From Chiloscyllium plagiosum (lineage: Eukaryota), in NCBI RefSeq assembly GCF_004010195.1, contig NC_057754.1, positions 2,137,238-2,201,237 of the forward strand: a stretch of 64,000 nt of DNA. Reading direction: 5' to 3'. Numbering within the stretch: position 1 is the stretch's first letter; the number at the start of each line of letters is the position of its first letter. Shown one piece after another: positions 11,806 to 25,799 of this stretch. The notes beneath the pieces were generated by a model, which worked only from the letters and a program-made list of their open reading frames with translations, was not told where the DNA came from and did no database searches. Both the position numbers and the translations under genes were made by a program.

Positions 11806-13960
11806 TTCAGTAGAAAGATTTATGCCGTAGCTCCCACCAGGATCCTTGACTGAGGGACATGATTCCTTTGGCAATTTCCTCTGCTGCCTCAGCCTTTCCA
11901 TTCGATTGGGGATGGTGTAGAGATGTTGAATGGCATTGAATTTCCCAAACCTTTATGAAGCAGCTGAATGCTTCACTGGTGAACTGAGAACTACTGGGTG
12001 GCATGGTAGCTTGGTGGTTAGCACTGTTGCCTCACATTGGTTCAATTCCAGCCTCGGGCAGCTGTCTGGGTTTCATTCTCCCCATGTTTGCATGGGTTTC
12101 CTTCAGGTGCTCTGGTTTCCTCCCACAGTCCAAAGATGTGCAGGTTAAGTGGATTGGCCAAGCTAAATTGCCCAAAGTGTAAGCAATGTGCTAATTAGGT
12201 AGGTTAGCCATAGGAAATGCAAGGTTACAGGGATAGGGCGGGTCTGGGTGCAATGCTCTTCAATGTGTCAGTGTGGACTCAATGGGCCGAATAGCCTGCT
12301 TGCATACTGTCGGGATTTGATGATTCCATTAACCACTGTTGCCCAACAAATGTCAGGAATGGCTTAATGACTGAAATGTGCTTTCAGACATGTGACAATC
12401 TTGCCAATAGTCATTGAAGTCAGCAAGTTGACCTCACATTACTCAGAATAGTAGTCTACTGTGATAAGATAATCAATTCCTGTAAGTGTGATCTATCTGG
12501 GATAGCACGGTTCATCAATGGCTCTCTAGCTTGCTTAACTTGATACTCATTACAAGCACTGCCTGATGTGTACCTTGTTTTCATTGCTTATATTTGCCTA
12601 TAGAGTACATCTCTTGCCTTCCAGTCACTTGTGTTAATTCCTTTGTGGTTTGTTTTGATACACTTTAGGATCTTTCCTCTCAACTTACTCGAGATAATGA
12701 CTCTATTTCCTCTGTACTAAATTCCATCTTGGGCTATCAGTTCATCTGTGTGTGCCCAATATATTCAAATACTAAAAAGTATGTATTGATGCTTTCAGGC
12801 CATCTTTGCATCACGACTGCTTGCAACTTCTTGGAGAGTTACATCTTGTTGGATAACTTGCTTGGTTTGAGAAATGCACTGTCTGCCAGATTCAATGTCT
12901 CCACAGGGTTGATGACTTCCAAATTGTTGCTTCACACTTTTGTAGCATCCTTTACCTTCCTTAGAGAGAGTTCTGCTCTTGAAAGCATGTGAGTGACATG
13001 TGTCTGCTTTCCTTGATTGTACATCACCTCCAGAGGCTATCTCTGTAAGCGGAGTAACATTCTTTATAGAAGCTTTGGAACAAGCAGTAAAATTCATTGA
13101 AGTGACTTGCAGTCAGACTAGACTGCCACTTTGTTTTTTCCAAGGAGGTATTGATAAAAATGTTCACAGGCAAAAACAATGGTCTGGCAATCTTTCTGGA
13201 TCTGAATGGAAACACCCTGAATGGAAATTCAATTGGTTGTCCTGGCTGCATTAGGTTTGCCCCAAGTCCTGTCTTGCTGGCATCATGCTGCAGAGTGACT
13301 TCAAAACTTTTCTCATGATATTTCAGCACTCGTGTTGCTGTCATTAATTGCTTGATAATTGTGAATGATGTTTCTTACATCTTGCCCTAGTACTTCTGCA
13401 CATCCTTGGGAGTGGGTTAGCATAATGGCTCACACTCCAACAGCAAATTGGACAAGAATTTTGCCAAATATTTGAAAATCCAACAGATTGTTGTGTGGCT
13501 GCTCTCACCTTTTCAGGATCCAGGCGAAGATGTTTTATGTCAGTACCTAATCTCTGTACTTCAATTAAGGCAGCCTTAATTGTCATTTTTCAGTACACTT
13601 TGAAATAGTCTCTCACCAGCATTGTTAAAAATGTTACTCTATTGTCACCATGCATAGGAAAAGCTGCCAGTTCTGCTTCAAATCATTTTTATTTGGACTG
13701 GAGCTAGGAGAGGAAACATTGTGGCCATAGTCTTATTCACTGTTTGAGCTGCAACTTGTTTCTTTGTTTTTTTTCAGTGACAGCTTTCTCAGCTCAGAAC
13801 ACACTTTGACGTTCTGCCTAGTTGTGCTTCTGCACAATTCTTCAACACTCAATCTCAGCTGCACTTCTGACACTATGTTCAGTTCAATACCATGTTTTCT
13901 GTGCTGTGTCCATCATTGAACTAGCCGCAAGGTGCAGCCTGCAGTCAGTACCCCATGGTA
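11806..13960 (-). mobile_element. Degenerate Gypsy internal region (gag, RT/RNase H, integrase in standard order)
   Basis: RNase H-like VTLQHDASKTGLGANLMQ; LQRMLLRLQR-like segment at ~13040; integrase HHPQSNGKAEAA at ~11900. Confidence 0.8.
11997..12322 (+). mobile_element. HE1-type SINE inserted in the Gypsy integrase
   Basis: gggtggcatggtagcttggtggttagcactgttgcctcac...ttcctcccacagtccaaagatgtgcagg...tail. Confidence 0.85.
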
Positions 13961-14029
13961 GAGGTGACATAATTGCAAAAGGCATGCTGATAGAGTATTG
14001 CAAATCTATCCCAAACAGTACAAGATTCA

Positions 14030-14300
14030 AAATAGGAATGCATTCAGAAATGAATGAACATGATGAGCGGATGGCCGTTCGGCCTTGAAGTCTGCTCCAT
14101 TATTCAATGCAGTCCTTCGACAGTAACGCCACCTACCATCACTATCCTATCCCTGAATTCCTTCGTACCCAAAAAGCTATTAATCTCTTGCCTTGAAAAT
14201 ATCCAACAACGAAGCATTGATAGCTCATTGGTGAAGAAAGTCCCAAACACAGTTAACCCTTTGAGTGACGAAATCCTTCCTCATCTCAGTTTTATGCTAA
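14030..14300 (-). mobile_element. Old CR1 3' end
   Basis: ggccgttcggcc...aatccttcctcatctcagt, CR1 3' terminal pattern. Confidence 0.6.
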
Positions 14301-14349
14301 GACTTTACCCTAAGCTGTAAGGCAGGGTGCAGTGAAGTGTTGGCAGACA

Positions 14350-14500
14350 ACCATTGCTGCTTGTAGGAGCTTACTGTAACAGACTCATTGCTGCGTTTGC
14401 TACATTATAACGGTGCTGACACTTAACATGTACCTCATTGTTCGTAGAACACTTTGCGACATGATTTGATGTCCTAAAAGGCACTCTCTCAATGCAATTG
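14350..14500 (+). mobile_element. Deu-domain SINE (SacSINE1-like) 3' part
   Basis: gctgcgtttgctacattataacggtg...gtacctcattg...actttgcgac...aaaggcact; homologous minus copies at 45098-45240 and 51800-52230. Confidence 0.6.
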
Positions 14501-14587
14501 TTTCTAACTCCTGAACTTAGTGGAAAACGTTATGAAGGGATTGTCAGAAATATCTGGATGGTATAACATCCCAGTCTATCTTTGGTA

Positions 14588-14697
14588 CCGAAACATCGAC
14601 TTCTCCACCTCCTGATGCTGCCTGGCTTGCTGTGTTCTTCCAGCCTCCTGCTTGTCTACCTTGGATTCCAGCATCTGCAGTTTTTGTTTTGTCTCTA
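14588..14697 (+). mobile_element. PLE 3' terminal fragment (same family as 21904-22321)
   Basis: Starts at ccgaaacatc (3' half of the hammerhead) and runs to ...cagcatctgcagtttttgttttgtctcta. Confidence 0.8.
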
Positions 14698-15189
14698 ATT
14701 GTTGCTGATGTCCATTTTTTGATGCATAGCTTTTTCATGGCCGTCACCTGACTGACATATTTGTTGCAGTTGTTTTAAAGATACATAATTTGAGCCAATC
14801 AGCTTTTTAAAGGTATGACACAGAAACTGGTGGAAGCGTGGTATCACACAGTAATCCTGGACAAAGCCATTTAAAGATAATTTATATCTGCAAGACATTG
14901 CTCTGTACAAATCTCCCAATTCATTACACAGGTAGAGATTAGTTTATAGTGCGAGGGTTGCTAAGTAACTGGATATGAACATGAGATTGTATTGTCTGGG
15001 ATACTGAATACACTGGATTAGAAGTTTGACTGCAGTGACCTCAGTCAAGGCTCCTTCATAGTATGAGCCTTGATGAAATTTGGAAGTAGTAATCTGAAAT
15101 TTTCACCCTGCCACACCAGAATAACTTCAGTCGACTCTGCCCGCCTCACAGATTTGATTCAAACCCATAACACAAACTGAGCTAGATTC

Positions 15190-15765
15190 TGAAAATGAAA
15201 AGTGGCGTGCTACAGCCTTTATTATACGAGGGCTTGCAGTATAAGAATCCAGGAGGCTTGCAACAATTGTACAGGGTTTCCTCAGGTGAGATCGCTCCTG
15301 GGATACTGGGTGGAAGTTTGGTTTCCCTGCCTATGGAGGGCTGTCGAGCTATAGAGAGTTGCCTTGAATATTCACTAGTGTTACCGGGGATGAGAGTGTA
15401 GATCATATATATTCTCTAGAGTTTAGAAAAATACCAGGTGATCTCATTGTGAAACATATAAAATTCTTCGATAGTTTAGCTGGAGAGACTAGCTATGGGG
15501 AGTAATGTCTCAGAAGAAGGGATCAACCATTTTAGACTGAGATGAGGAAAATCTTCTCGAAGAGAGTTGTGAATTTTTGAATTCTCTTCCCCCCCGAGAG
15601 CTTGGCAAGCTCATTTGTTGAACACAGTTAAGACATAGATCAATAGATCTTTGGTCACTAAGGGAATCAAGAGATATGGGATGGTAAAGTGAGGTAAAAG
15701 ATCAGCAATGAATAATGGAGCAGTCTTGAGGGACCAAATGGCATTGTCATGTTCTTATTTCTTAT
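15190..15765 (+). mobile_element. Old CR1 3' fragment
   Basis: Degenerate CR1 C-terminal coding region (gactgagatgaggaaaatcttc...gagagttgtgaat) and tail. Confidence 0.65.
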
Positions 15766-16309
15766 GCCCATTCACACATTTATTGACCCCACAGGATACA
15801 AATCTTAAACCTTCAGAATGTTATGATCCTGGGCGGTGTCCAAATTTTGTGCTATGATCTGGTTAGGGACAAGTAATCTTTTCCTTTAAGTCAGGCAATG
15901 CATGAGACCCCAGGCATTTATTAAATGAATAATATCACAAGGTTCTACAGCTTTGACCAAATAGCAAGACATTTTCGTATACAAAGTTAGTAGAGTGACA
16001 CAACATATATCAAACTTCTGACAAGCAATTAGAATTCACCCAAGATAAATATGGGTAACAGTCAAGCTAAGGTCAAACAGCCCCCAAGAGCATATCAAAC
16101 AACAAACATGGTCATGACAGAACCCATGAATTTGTCAGTAAAGCCCCCAACCCCAACGTTAGCAGTGACCCTGTGGGTCAAATCTCCTTGAAGGGATTCC
16201 AAGTATTCACTTTTAAAGCCTTCAAAAGCTACTCCATCATGGACTGCCTCAATGACAATTCATGTTCTGATAGTTCACTATCCCAATCAGGACTCTGCTA
16301 CCCTGGATT

Positions 16310-17178
16310 CTAGAAATTATGCTCCATTTCTGGTCGTCACACTATCGTAAGGATGTGATTTCACTGGAGATGGGGAAAGGGAGTTTCACCAGGATGTTGG
16401 AAAATCTCACTTATACGGAGAGACTGGAGGGGCTGGGTTTGTGTTCCCTGAAGCTGAGGAGGCTGAGGCGGGGGTAGGGGGGATGATCTGATTGAGGTGT
16501 ATAAATCAATGGGCGGCACGGTGTCACAGTGGTTAGCACTGCTGCCTCACAGCGCCGGAGACCCGGGTTCAATTCCCGCCTCAGGCGACTGACTGTGTGG
16601 AGTTTGCACGTTCTCCCTGTGTCTGCGTGGGTTTCCTCCGGGTGCTCCGGTTTCCTCCCACAGTCCAAAGGTATGCAGGTCAGGTGAATTGGCCATGCTA
16701 AATTGCCCATAGCGTTAGGTAAAGGGGTAAATGTAGGGGAATGGATGGGTTGCGCTTCGGCGAGTCGGTGTGGACTTGTTGGGCTGAAGGGCCTGTTTCC
16801 ACACTGTAATGTAATCTAATCTAAATAATGAGAAGCACAAATAGGGCAGATTGTGAGGATCTTTTCATCACAACAGACGTGTCTAAGACCAGAGAGTATA
16901 AGGTTAAAGTGAGGAGGAAATAGTTTAGAGAGGATCTGAAGAAAGATATTTCACCCAGAGGGTGGTAGAAATGTGGAATATTCTATCTGAGAGGGAGCTG
17001 AGGGCAGGTACTCTCATAACATTTAAGAAGCGTCTGAATGAGCACTTACAATGCCAGTGTATAGGAGGCTGTGGACGAAGTGCAAGCAAATGGTATTAAT
17101 GTGGTTTGGTGTTTGTTGTTTGGCATAGACATAGTGTGGCAAAGTGCTGTTTCTACATTGTATAACTCCATGACCCTA
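16310..17178 (+). mobile_element. CR1 3' fragment interrupted by HE1
   Basis: tttctggtcgtcacactatcgtaaggatgtg...ttcaccaggatgttg...ttcacccagagggtggtag...acatttaagaag. Confidence 0.75.
16511..16824 (+). mobile_element. HE1 V-SINE, full length, young
   Basis: A box, B box ggttcaattcc, V-domain tgtgtggagtttgcacgttctccc...cctcccacagtccaaag, tail gggcctgtttccacactgtaatgtaatctaatctaa; CpGs largely intact. Confidence 0.95.
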
Positions 17179-18304
17179 TATCCTACAGAACCTTAGCATT
17201 CCCATCCTTTTAATTCTTCCTTCATAATATTCAACATTGGAGGTAGGGAGATGATATGAACAAGTCCTTCTCATCTCTGAAGCAAAATGATCCAGCTTAA
17301 ATGGAATATGGTTAGGATCAGCTCAATTCCCCTCTCTCTTTGCACCCTTACATAAAAAACCCTGAAATCTGGGATTATTATATTTCCGGCTGATGGCTGT
17401 GGTTAGCCAGTTAAGTTTATATGTATATGCTGAATAATTGAGGCACAAGATTTATCATCAGTACTGTGCTGATGAAAGTATTCCCTAGTTCTGCAATGTT
17501 ACTTTCTGGCCTTGGAGATTAATAGTAATTAATGCTGAATTTAATTACATGAATGCAGTGGATTGATGCAGGCCATATTGTTTGTAATAAGCTACTAATC
17601 GCTTCTCTCTGCTCTGCATGTCAAGTTCAAGTCATTCTGAGAGGTTGTAGTGATGGAATGCCAGCTGACAGTGCAAATGGGTTTCTGCTCTTGATTATCA
17701 GTCATAACCGTATTAAGGAAAATATCGGGAAATGCAGAATATTTGGATAGAAGAGGTGATTTTGTTGTTGCATAATTCAAAAGCTAACCAGTTGAGGAGG
17801 GCAGTGCGCATGGGTTATCTTAACCAAATATATCCACATTCAACAGAATATGCACTATTTATGCAATTGCCCTGTTGTAAAATTCACTGGTAAGTGATGT
17901 TCAAGGCTATAATTCAGCCTCTGACTTCTTAGCTGCTAATGACAGGACTGATTCTTTCTTTCTGAATGTCTGTGTAACCTCTTTAACATTCTCAGCATCT
18001 GGGATCCCCAGAATCCTGCCACTCCAAGGGATGTGAACAGGATTGCCATGGGAAGAAGACTCACATTAACTGCTATTGCAACAATGAACATTTAATTCAA
18101 GTACTTGTAACCCCTTCCCTGTTTTCAGAGAGAACTTTGAAAATCACTAAAACTGAACATAATGCTAACAGGCTGTTCGGATGGAAATTGCAGCTGTATA
18201 ACTGTGTTTCATAAATCCTAAATTGACTACTTTTAATTTTCTCTGAAACTGAACATGATGAGGTATGTTAAGGTGACAGTGTGTGTGTGTGTCTGTCTGT
18301 CTTC

Positions 18305-19085
18305 TGAGATGCAGATGGATCTGGGTGTTCTAGTGTATCATTCAAAAAAGTTAGTCTACAGATGCAGCAAGTAATTCAGAAAGCTAATAAAATATTATCT
18401 ATAATATGAGAGGCATTGAATCAAGAGTAAAGAAGCCAAAGTTTAAGCAAGGATATGAGCTTTGGAGGCAATTCAGAGAAGGTTTATGAGATTAATACCT
18501 AGAATGAGCAGGCTCACTTATGAGGATAGTTTAGATAGACTGGGCTTGTGTCCATGGCGTTTGGAAATGTAAAAGGAGAGTTGATTGAAATATATACGAT
18601 CCCAAAGGGTCTTGACAGAGTGGATGTGGAGAGGAACATAGAACAATACAGCGCAGAACAGGCCCTTCGGTCCTTGATGTTGCGCCGACCTGTGAACTAT
18701 TCTCAGCTCTTCCCCTTACACTGTCCCAAAATCATCCATGTGCTTATCTAAGGATTGTTTAAATCTCCCTAATATGGCTGAGTCGCCTGTTATGTGAGAA
18801 TCTAGAACTAGGGGGTCACCGTATAAAAATCGGGTGTCACCCTATTAAAACAGGTGAAAGTCATGTCATGAAGCTTTTGGAGCTCTGTTCCTGAAAAGAT
18901 GATAGAAACAGAGCCCGAGAATATTTTTAAAGCAGAGATGGATAGTTTCTTGTAAAACAAGGGCAATTATCAGGGATTAATGAGAATGCAGAGTTAAGTT
19001 ACAATCAGATCAGCCACGACTATCTTGAATGGCAAAGAAGATTCAAGGGGCAGATTCTGGTCTGGTTTTGGTCCTAACTCATATG
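18305..19085 (+). mobile_element. CR1 3' fragment with an antisense CR1 tail nested at ~18634-18784
   Basis: gagatgcagatggatctgggtgttctagtg...gggtcttgacagagtggatgtggagagg [insert gaacatagaacaatacagcgcagaacaggcccttcgg] ...gaatctagaactagggg. Confidence 0.7.
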
Positions 19086-19984
19086 TGCATATGCTTGTAT
19101 ATTCTGCCTCCATCTCAACCTGCCTCCACATGTTTTTTTGGAAAAATTCTTACATTTACTTGGTTGCCAAATGGTTGAGTTAGGGGAGTCAGTAGCCAAG
19201 AGCATCACAGGGATGGACCTGTTTCAATCACATTACATAATCAACTGAAGCCTACTTAAGTGCAGTCATGAGAGCTTTCACAACAACCTCCGGAACAGCT
19301 GTCATTGTCCCTGGGTTAGTCTGAAGATTGTTTCCTGTGCAGAAATAATTGCAAAAAGCGGTTGGGAAACTGATGTGCTTTACGAAAAATCAGCAAATAT
19401 GAAAACTTAATTATGAGACATTCACTGCATCTGCTCAACCATGAGCACTATAACTGGAAGCAGGACAGGTCAGTGGGTTGGAAATCTGAGTTTCTGCCTG
19501 ATAATCCTATACTCCAGTAATTTCACAATCATTGCTGATGGTGAAACTGTAGTTCATGTCAGCAAAGAAACTAAAGATTTCCCCAGCCATCAATCATTCA
19601 GTTCTTGCAATCATCCTATCAGCATTTGGAAAGGTTGGGTTCTTCTGGAAGATTTTGAAAGGGGACCACTGCAGATTTCTTCCACGCTCCATGTAGCAAT
19701 TGTGGCTGTAAACACTGTCCTGGGACAGATCCTTAGGAATGGCAAGAAGAGAAGGTGGAATTACTTGCATTACAAAGAAGGTTTGAGTTTGCATAGAGTT
19801 TAAGGATATTTCATTTTTTGTGCATTGGCCTAACCTCTACAAATGGGAAAGCAAACATTGATCTTTAAGTAACACCTTAAATACATTAAATTTATGAGTC
19901 GTAGACTGGCAGATGTGAGAATGAACTTTTAAAAGCCTACAATTTCCAGTTTCCTCAAACCAAAATCAGCAATTATTTCAAATA

Positions 19985-20085
19985 TAGAATAAAGACAGAA
20001 ATTGCTGGAAAAACCAGCAGGTCTGCCAGTATCTATGGAGAGAAATCCGAGTTAACGTTTCAGGTCCAGTGGCCCTTCTTCAGTG
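19985..20085 (-). mobile_element. PLE terminal arm ending at a hammerhead core
   Basis: Minus strand CTGAAGA-A-GGGCCACTGGACCT-GAAAC-GTT at ~20055-20083. Confidence 0.7.
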
Positions 20086-20307
20086 ACTATTTTACCTGTC
20101 ACAGAGCGAAAGTAACCTCCAGTAAAGCAGATCCTCAGCACCATTCTGAGATAAATCCCAATCCGTCAATTGACTGTTTTATTAACAGCTGTTGTTTACT
20201 GCCATCATAACATTGACATTTAATTGAGAATCACTAAATGCAAAAGTACAGGAGATATGAGTGTCCTGGTAATATTAATGAATTGGGTAGTTCAAAAAGC
20301 TGGAACA

Positions 20308-20770
20308 ATAGAGTCATAGAGATGTACAGCATGGAAAAAGACCCTTCGGTCCAACCCATCCATGCCGACCAGATATCCCAACCCAATCTAGCCCCACCTG
20401 CCAGTGTCTGGCCCATATCCCTCTAAACCCTTCCTATTCTTCTACCCATCCAAATGCCTTTTAAATGTTGCAATTGTACCAGCCTCCACCACTTTCTCTG
20501 GCAGCTCATTCCATACCCGTACCACGCTCTGCGTGAAAACATTGCCCCTTAGGTCTCTTTTTTATCTTTCCCCTCTCACCCTAAACCTATGCCCTCTAGT
20601 TCTGGACTCCCCGACCCCAGGGAAAAGACTTTGTCTATTTATCCTATCTATGCCCCTCATAATTTCGTAAACCTCTGTAAGGTCACCCCTCAGCCTCCGA
20701 TGGTCCAGGGAAAACAGCTCCAGCCTGTTCAGCCTCTCCCTATAGCTCAAATCCTCCCTCCCTGGCAATA
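20308..20770 (-). mobile_element. HER1/CR1 3' end, young
   Basis: LSYRERLNRLELFSL...LRGDL.EVY.IMRG.DR...ESRTRGH; tail atagagtcatagagatgtacagcatggaa. Confidence 0.92.
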
Positions 20771-20809
20771 ACCCAAGAAAGTTTGAGAATTTGAACGTTT
20801 TTTAAAACA

Positions 20810-22610
20810 TTAAATTCATTCATGGGATGTGGGCATTGCTGGCTAGACCAGCATTTATTACCCATCCATAATAGACTTGGTGGTGAGCTGCCTTCTTGAA
20901 CCATAATGTGACGTGCAGGTGTTGGACTGGGTGATTTTGACCTTCTTGAACCACTGTAGTTCAGGTGGTAAGGCACCCAGAATGCTGTTAGGGAGGAAGT
21001 TCCAAGATCTTAACGCAGTGACAATGAAGAAGTTTCAAATCAGAATGGTATGTGGCTTGGAAGGGAAGTTGCAGGGGTTGGTGTTCACATGTAGCACCTG
21101 CCCTTCTGGATGGTAGTTGTTTAGAAGGTGCTGTTGAAGGAACTTGATGAGATGTTGCAATGTGCCTTATAGATGGTGCGAGGTAATTACATTATATAAC
21201 CGTGGTGGAAGGAATGGATGTTGATGGTGTTAGACTGAATGTCAGTCAGGTGGGCTACTCTATCCTGCATAGTGTAAGGCTTCTTCTTGAAGCTGCACTG
21301 ATCCAAGAGAGTATTCCATCACATTTCTGATCACGCATTGTAGATAGTAGACAGGCATCAGGAAGAAAATGAGTGAGTTACTGACTAGTGAATACCCAGC
21401 CTCTGGCCTGCTCTTGTAGCCGCAGTATATGTATGACTAGCCCAGTCTCATTTCTGGTCAATGGTAATCCGCAGGATGTTGATAGTGGGTAGAGTCAGTG
21501 ATGGTAATGCTATTGAATGTCAAGGGTTACATTCTCTCTTGCTGGATACAGTGATTGATCAGCACTTATGTGACACAAATATTATTTGTCACTTATCAGT
21601 CCAGGTCTGGTTACATTTGGACATGGACTCCTTCAGTATCTGAGGAGTCAGGAATGGTGCTGAACATTGCACAATGAACGTTGGTCATCCCTGTGTCTGA
21701 CCTAAAGTCATTGATGAAGCAGCTGAAGATGCTTGAGCCTAGGACACTACCTGGAGGAATTCCTGCAGAGATAAGCTGTTGCTGAAATGATTGACTTCGA
21801 CAAGGTATGACTCCATCCAGTGGAGAGCTTTCTTCTTGACTCTGCTTTTGCTAGGAGTTCTTGATGCCAATCTTGGTCAATTGCTGCCTGATATCATAGG
21901 TAGAGACAAAAAAACTACAGATGCTGGAATCCAAAGTAGACGGGCAAGAGGCTGGAAGAACACAGCAAGCCAGGCAACATCAGGAGGTACAGAAGTTGAC
22001 ATTTCGGGACAACACCTTTTCTTCTGCCTGGGCACTCTACAACCCGGAGGACTCAACATTCAGTTCTCCAATTTCAAATAATCTCTCTCCCCCGACTCCC
22101 TTACCAACCTCTTCCCCCTCCCTGTCACTGCTCCCTAGCACCATCTGATCCATTCCTCCCATTGACCAACCAGGTCATATCCTCTACTTGTCTTCACCTA
22201 TCCCCATCTCACTATCCTGCCCCACCTCCCCCTTTATCTGCAGCTTCCCCCACACCCAAGAGCTGAAGAAGGGTTATACCCAAAACGTTGACCTCTTCAC
22301 CTCCTGATGCTGCCTGGCTTGCTGATATCATAGGTAGTCATCCTCAGCCTCCTCTGGAGTCCAGCTCATTTGACACTGATTGGATCAAGGCTGTAATGAG
22401 GTTTGGAACTGAGATGGCCTGGTGGAACCCAAACTGAGCACAAGTGAGCAGGTTAATGCTGAATATGTGCTGTTTGGTAGCACTGTCAATGACAGTGATG
22501 ATTTGGGAGTAGATTGAAGAACCAGTTATTGGTTGGATCAGATTTATCCACTGTTGTAGACATGACACATCTGAATAATTTTCTATTTTGCTAAGTAGAT
22601 GCCAGTGTTG
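20810..22610 (-). mobile_element. Old LINE (CR1/L2 superclade), RT and 3' end
   Basis: Degenerate RT traces (QFGFHQ, LITALIQ...ELDSRG; gagcctaggacactacc = GSVLG); 3' tail shared with the SINE at 45030-45090; interrupted by a PLE. Confidence 0.7.
21904..22321 (+). mobile_element. PLE insertion: inverted terminal arm, endonuclease C-terminus and 3' UTR
   Basis: QHLFFCLGTLQPGGLNIQFSNFK* matches the C-terminus of PLE GIY-YIG proteins; decayed hammerhead ctgaagaagggttatacccaaaacg at 22263; 16 bp TSD ctgatatcataggtag (21888-21903, 22322-22337). Confidence 0.9.
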
Positions 22611-25600
22611 TTTAAAAACATTTGGAAATAACTAGTTGGTGTCGGTATGGTGAAAATGAAGCTGTTGAACTGTCATAAAATGTCAACTCATTCATTAATG
22701 TCCTTCAGGGAATCCAGGCCAATATTTGTTCTTGAATTCTTCTGAAATATTTTAGCAAGCTATTTTATGGTATCATCCCTTACTGAGGGGAATTAATGAT
22801 ATTTTTATGATGAAATATAATTTAATGTGTTTTGTGGACTTGATTTTGAAGAACTGTGAGTATTTCTCCTTCGTCAATAATGCTCCCTTAGTTTTTTGAA
22901 TGTTTTTATTTCTCAGGCACCAATCCTCAGAAAGGGAAAAGTAAATGGAGATTTTGTTTTGCTCTTTGAATTCCAGTTTTCATCTTGCAATTCACTTTGT
23001 TAGTGATTCAATGTTCGGCATTGATCACGAGGAAGAGTGGCCTCCTTCAACAACCCTTCCATCTTACTCCACAAGATCATCAACCTGCTCACCAGCAGGT
23101 CATTTGATGAATTACTGAGAAAAACATTTAGCTGTGAAAGTGATTGGGCAGCATGGTGAAGATTAATCCTTTCAGTAAGCTGAGTATGAACCCTAGCAGA
23201 CTGCGAAAGGTTAGTGGGGAAACACGTGGAACCTGTAAACGTGTCTACAGTTAATGGAATGATTGCTAACAGATCATTGGTTAAGGGATGTCTTTCTTCA
23301 GCCTTCTACTCTAGTTTCTCAACACATTAAGAACTCAATTTATCAGATTTTAAGATGCTTAGATCATTACATAGCATCTGGAGGACTGATTATTTTTAGT
23401 ATCAATTTTCAGTCAGCGCTATAAACGTGAATTGGAAAAAATAAAAAAAGGGAGAGATTTTCATTCCCTTTTTCCGCTCTTGTGACTATATGTTCCTATG
23501 AGATGACTTAAGATAGATGGTTTAAGGAACAATACATGCTTGTGATTTCTTCTAAACAATGAAACTAGAGCTGATGCTGAGATTGAGGAAGTTACTGTTG
23601 CTTGGGTCTAGTTCTGTGATGTTGGCTATTGTCCAGTATCCCCGACCAGTTTTCATCTCTGCATTTAGATTGTGAGTGTCGTCAGGATATTTGGCCAAAT
23701 ATCACATCACAGTTGAACCCACCCCTTGTCCAAATGTAGTGGATAATTTTGCCTTAAGTTTTTAGTATAAAACACACAGATTTTACTGTTAAATGCTTGC
23801 CTGCATTCTTAGTTCCATGGAGAAAAAGCTGTTTCTGCCTGTTTGGGGAGAAGTCCATCCAGAAGATGTGAAAATAATATTAAATTTAATGCCAAGCCAT
23901 TCAGGGGTGATGTCAGGAAGCTTTTCTTTACACAAATGGTAGTGGAAATTACCTCCTACAAAGAATGGCTGAGATTGAGGATCAGTTGAAAAGAATAGCA
24001 AATATTAAACGGATGGACTTTGGTGGGAAGGCTCTGAAGGGATCTGGAATCAGTACAGTACATAGATGGGGATAAAATACATAGTAGCCTAATTGAATGG
24101 CAGAACAGGCTGGAATAACCGAATGGTCTCTACTGTTCTCACTTATTCATCGTCTTCAGTTGAAGGGAAAAGCTGGGAGGTAGTTCAAAGGGTGTTGAGG
24201 TAACACTCCACACAATCAGCCAAAGTCAAAATTAACCTTCCTTAGAGATCACTGAACACCATTTTAAGGGTGTCAAAGTTTTACATGGAGACTGACACCA
24301 AAAATATGGCTCAGAATGAGATCAGTTAGCACAGCCTGGGGTGCTCACTGCTCAGATAAATTCCCAGTAGTCCGTGTGATGGCTGTCTGAGAGCTCAAGC
24401 TAGATTTTCATTCCCATCATAGTTGTTCTTTTGTACATCCTCACTCAATTTCCTTCCCATTTTTTTCATCAGAAATTAATGGGGGTTGCGCATGGTTCAT
24501 TCCCACTCCAAAGTGTTTTGAAACCAGCTTTAGGGCCCCATCTATGTCTAGCTCAGTTCAATTAATTCAACATACCCTGGGAGATCTAACCAGGAATTTC
24601 TTCCAGATCTGTAAGAACCAAAAGTACACCAGGTGAGGTCTGCATCCAGGTTAGATATGATTTCTGTTATTGCCCTGAAATATTAAATTCCAAATGCTAA
24701 AAGGTCATTCATCAAAAAAAAGTTTTATCTTAATTTTTGTGGAGGGCGAAAACCCACCTCTTATTTTTGCCATGATAATTTTTGTCAAATACTGTGTTTT
24801 CTCAAAAATCGCTAATGTGGGTTTTCCATTCACAGACTGTATCCCGTTGTTATTTTGTTCTGTATTGTAAAACCACAGAGAGTCTCACAGCACTTCACCC
24901 AGTATTGTCAGATCTGATTATTTTAACTACCTATTTACTGCACTGTTATTGAACTTTGTCCTTTTACCCACGCACTATTCCATAACTAAATGACAATGAA
25001 CTCTTTATTTTGCTTTTTGTTCACTTGCTCAGCCAGACATTTAAAATTCGAGCGTGGCCTCTCTTCATAATTATTAACTTTATGTATTCTTTCTTCAACT
25101 TCTAAACTAAAGTTTTCACTTTTCACCTTCCCAAATCAACTATCAAACCCATATTCATCCAACTGCCATGTCTGCAAGGAGCACACAGGCTTCTGATTGC
25201 CATATCTTACAAAGGGGCGTTTGCAGAAAGAAGCTGCATCTTACCATGTGACTGCTCTCCTAACAGTGTTGCTTTATTATTTAGAAATTTTACGATCTCC
25301 CCTGCAATATTATGGATGTTAGCTGTCCATTGATAGAGTGGGACTGTATGCTATTATAGTTAATAATACCTGTATATCTTTGGATGGCCATGGTTTGGTT
25401 GATAAATAATGGGTAATGGTGCAGGATAAATTACCTTTCTCTCTGCTAATGATTGCTTGAGGCCACTCATGCCAGGCATGACCAGATGGTGGCCACTTCG
25501 ATCATACAGTTGTCAGGAATTCCCCAGAAATACATTAATCATGCAGTTGTTGTGTTGCCATGTTTCAGCATGAAACCTGCTTTGCTGTCATTGCAGTTTT

Positions 25601-25799
25601 TGTGTGTCAAAGCACCCTATCCTGTCTAGGCTGTACTCAGCTCTGGGCTCTGATTTTAGACTGAAGATGGCATTCATCAGGAAATGAAACAATGAGCAGG
25701 ATGTTGGTTAGGGTTTTCCTGGCTTCCCCCTCTTTTGTTCCAAAATATAGCACCTTTTCCTGTACCAGGTTTCTCAACTCACTGAAGTAGCTCTACCTC

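Noticed and set aside
15819..16300. Possible LTR starting tgttatgatc
   Set aside because: No matching end, TSD or second copy visible.
22263..22290. Active hammerhead
   Set aside because: GAAA is mutated to AAAA; copies at ~9900, ~41495, 43851 and ~58455 also have core mutations.
22917..23175. Possible host coding exons
   Set aside because: Acceptor-like sites exist, but frames stop and the peptides resemble nothing I recognise.
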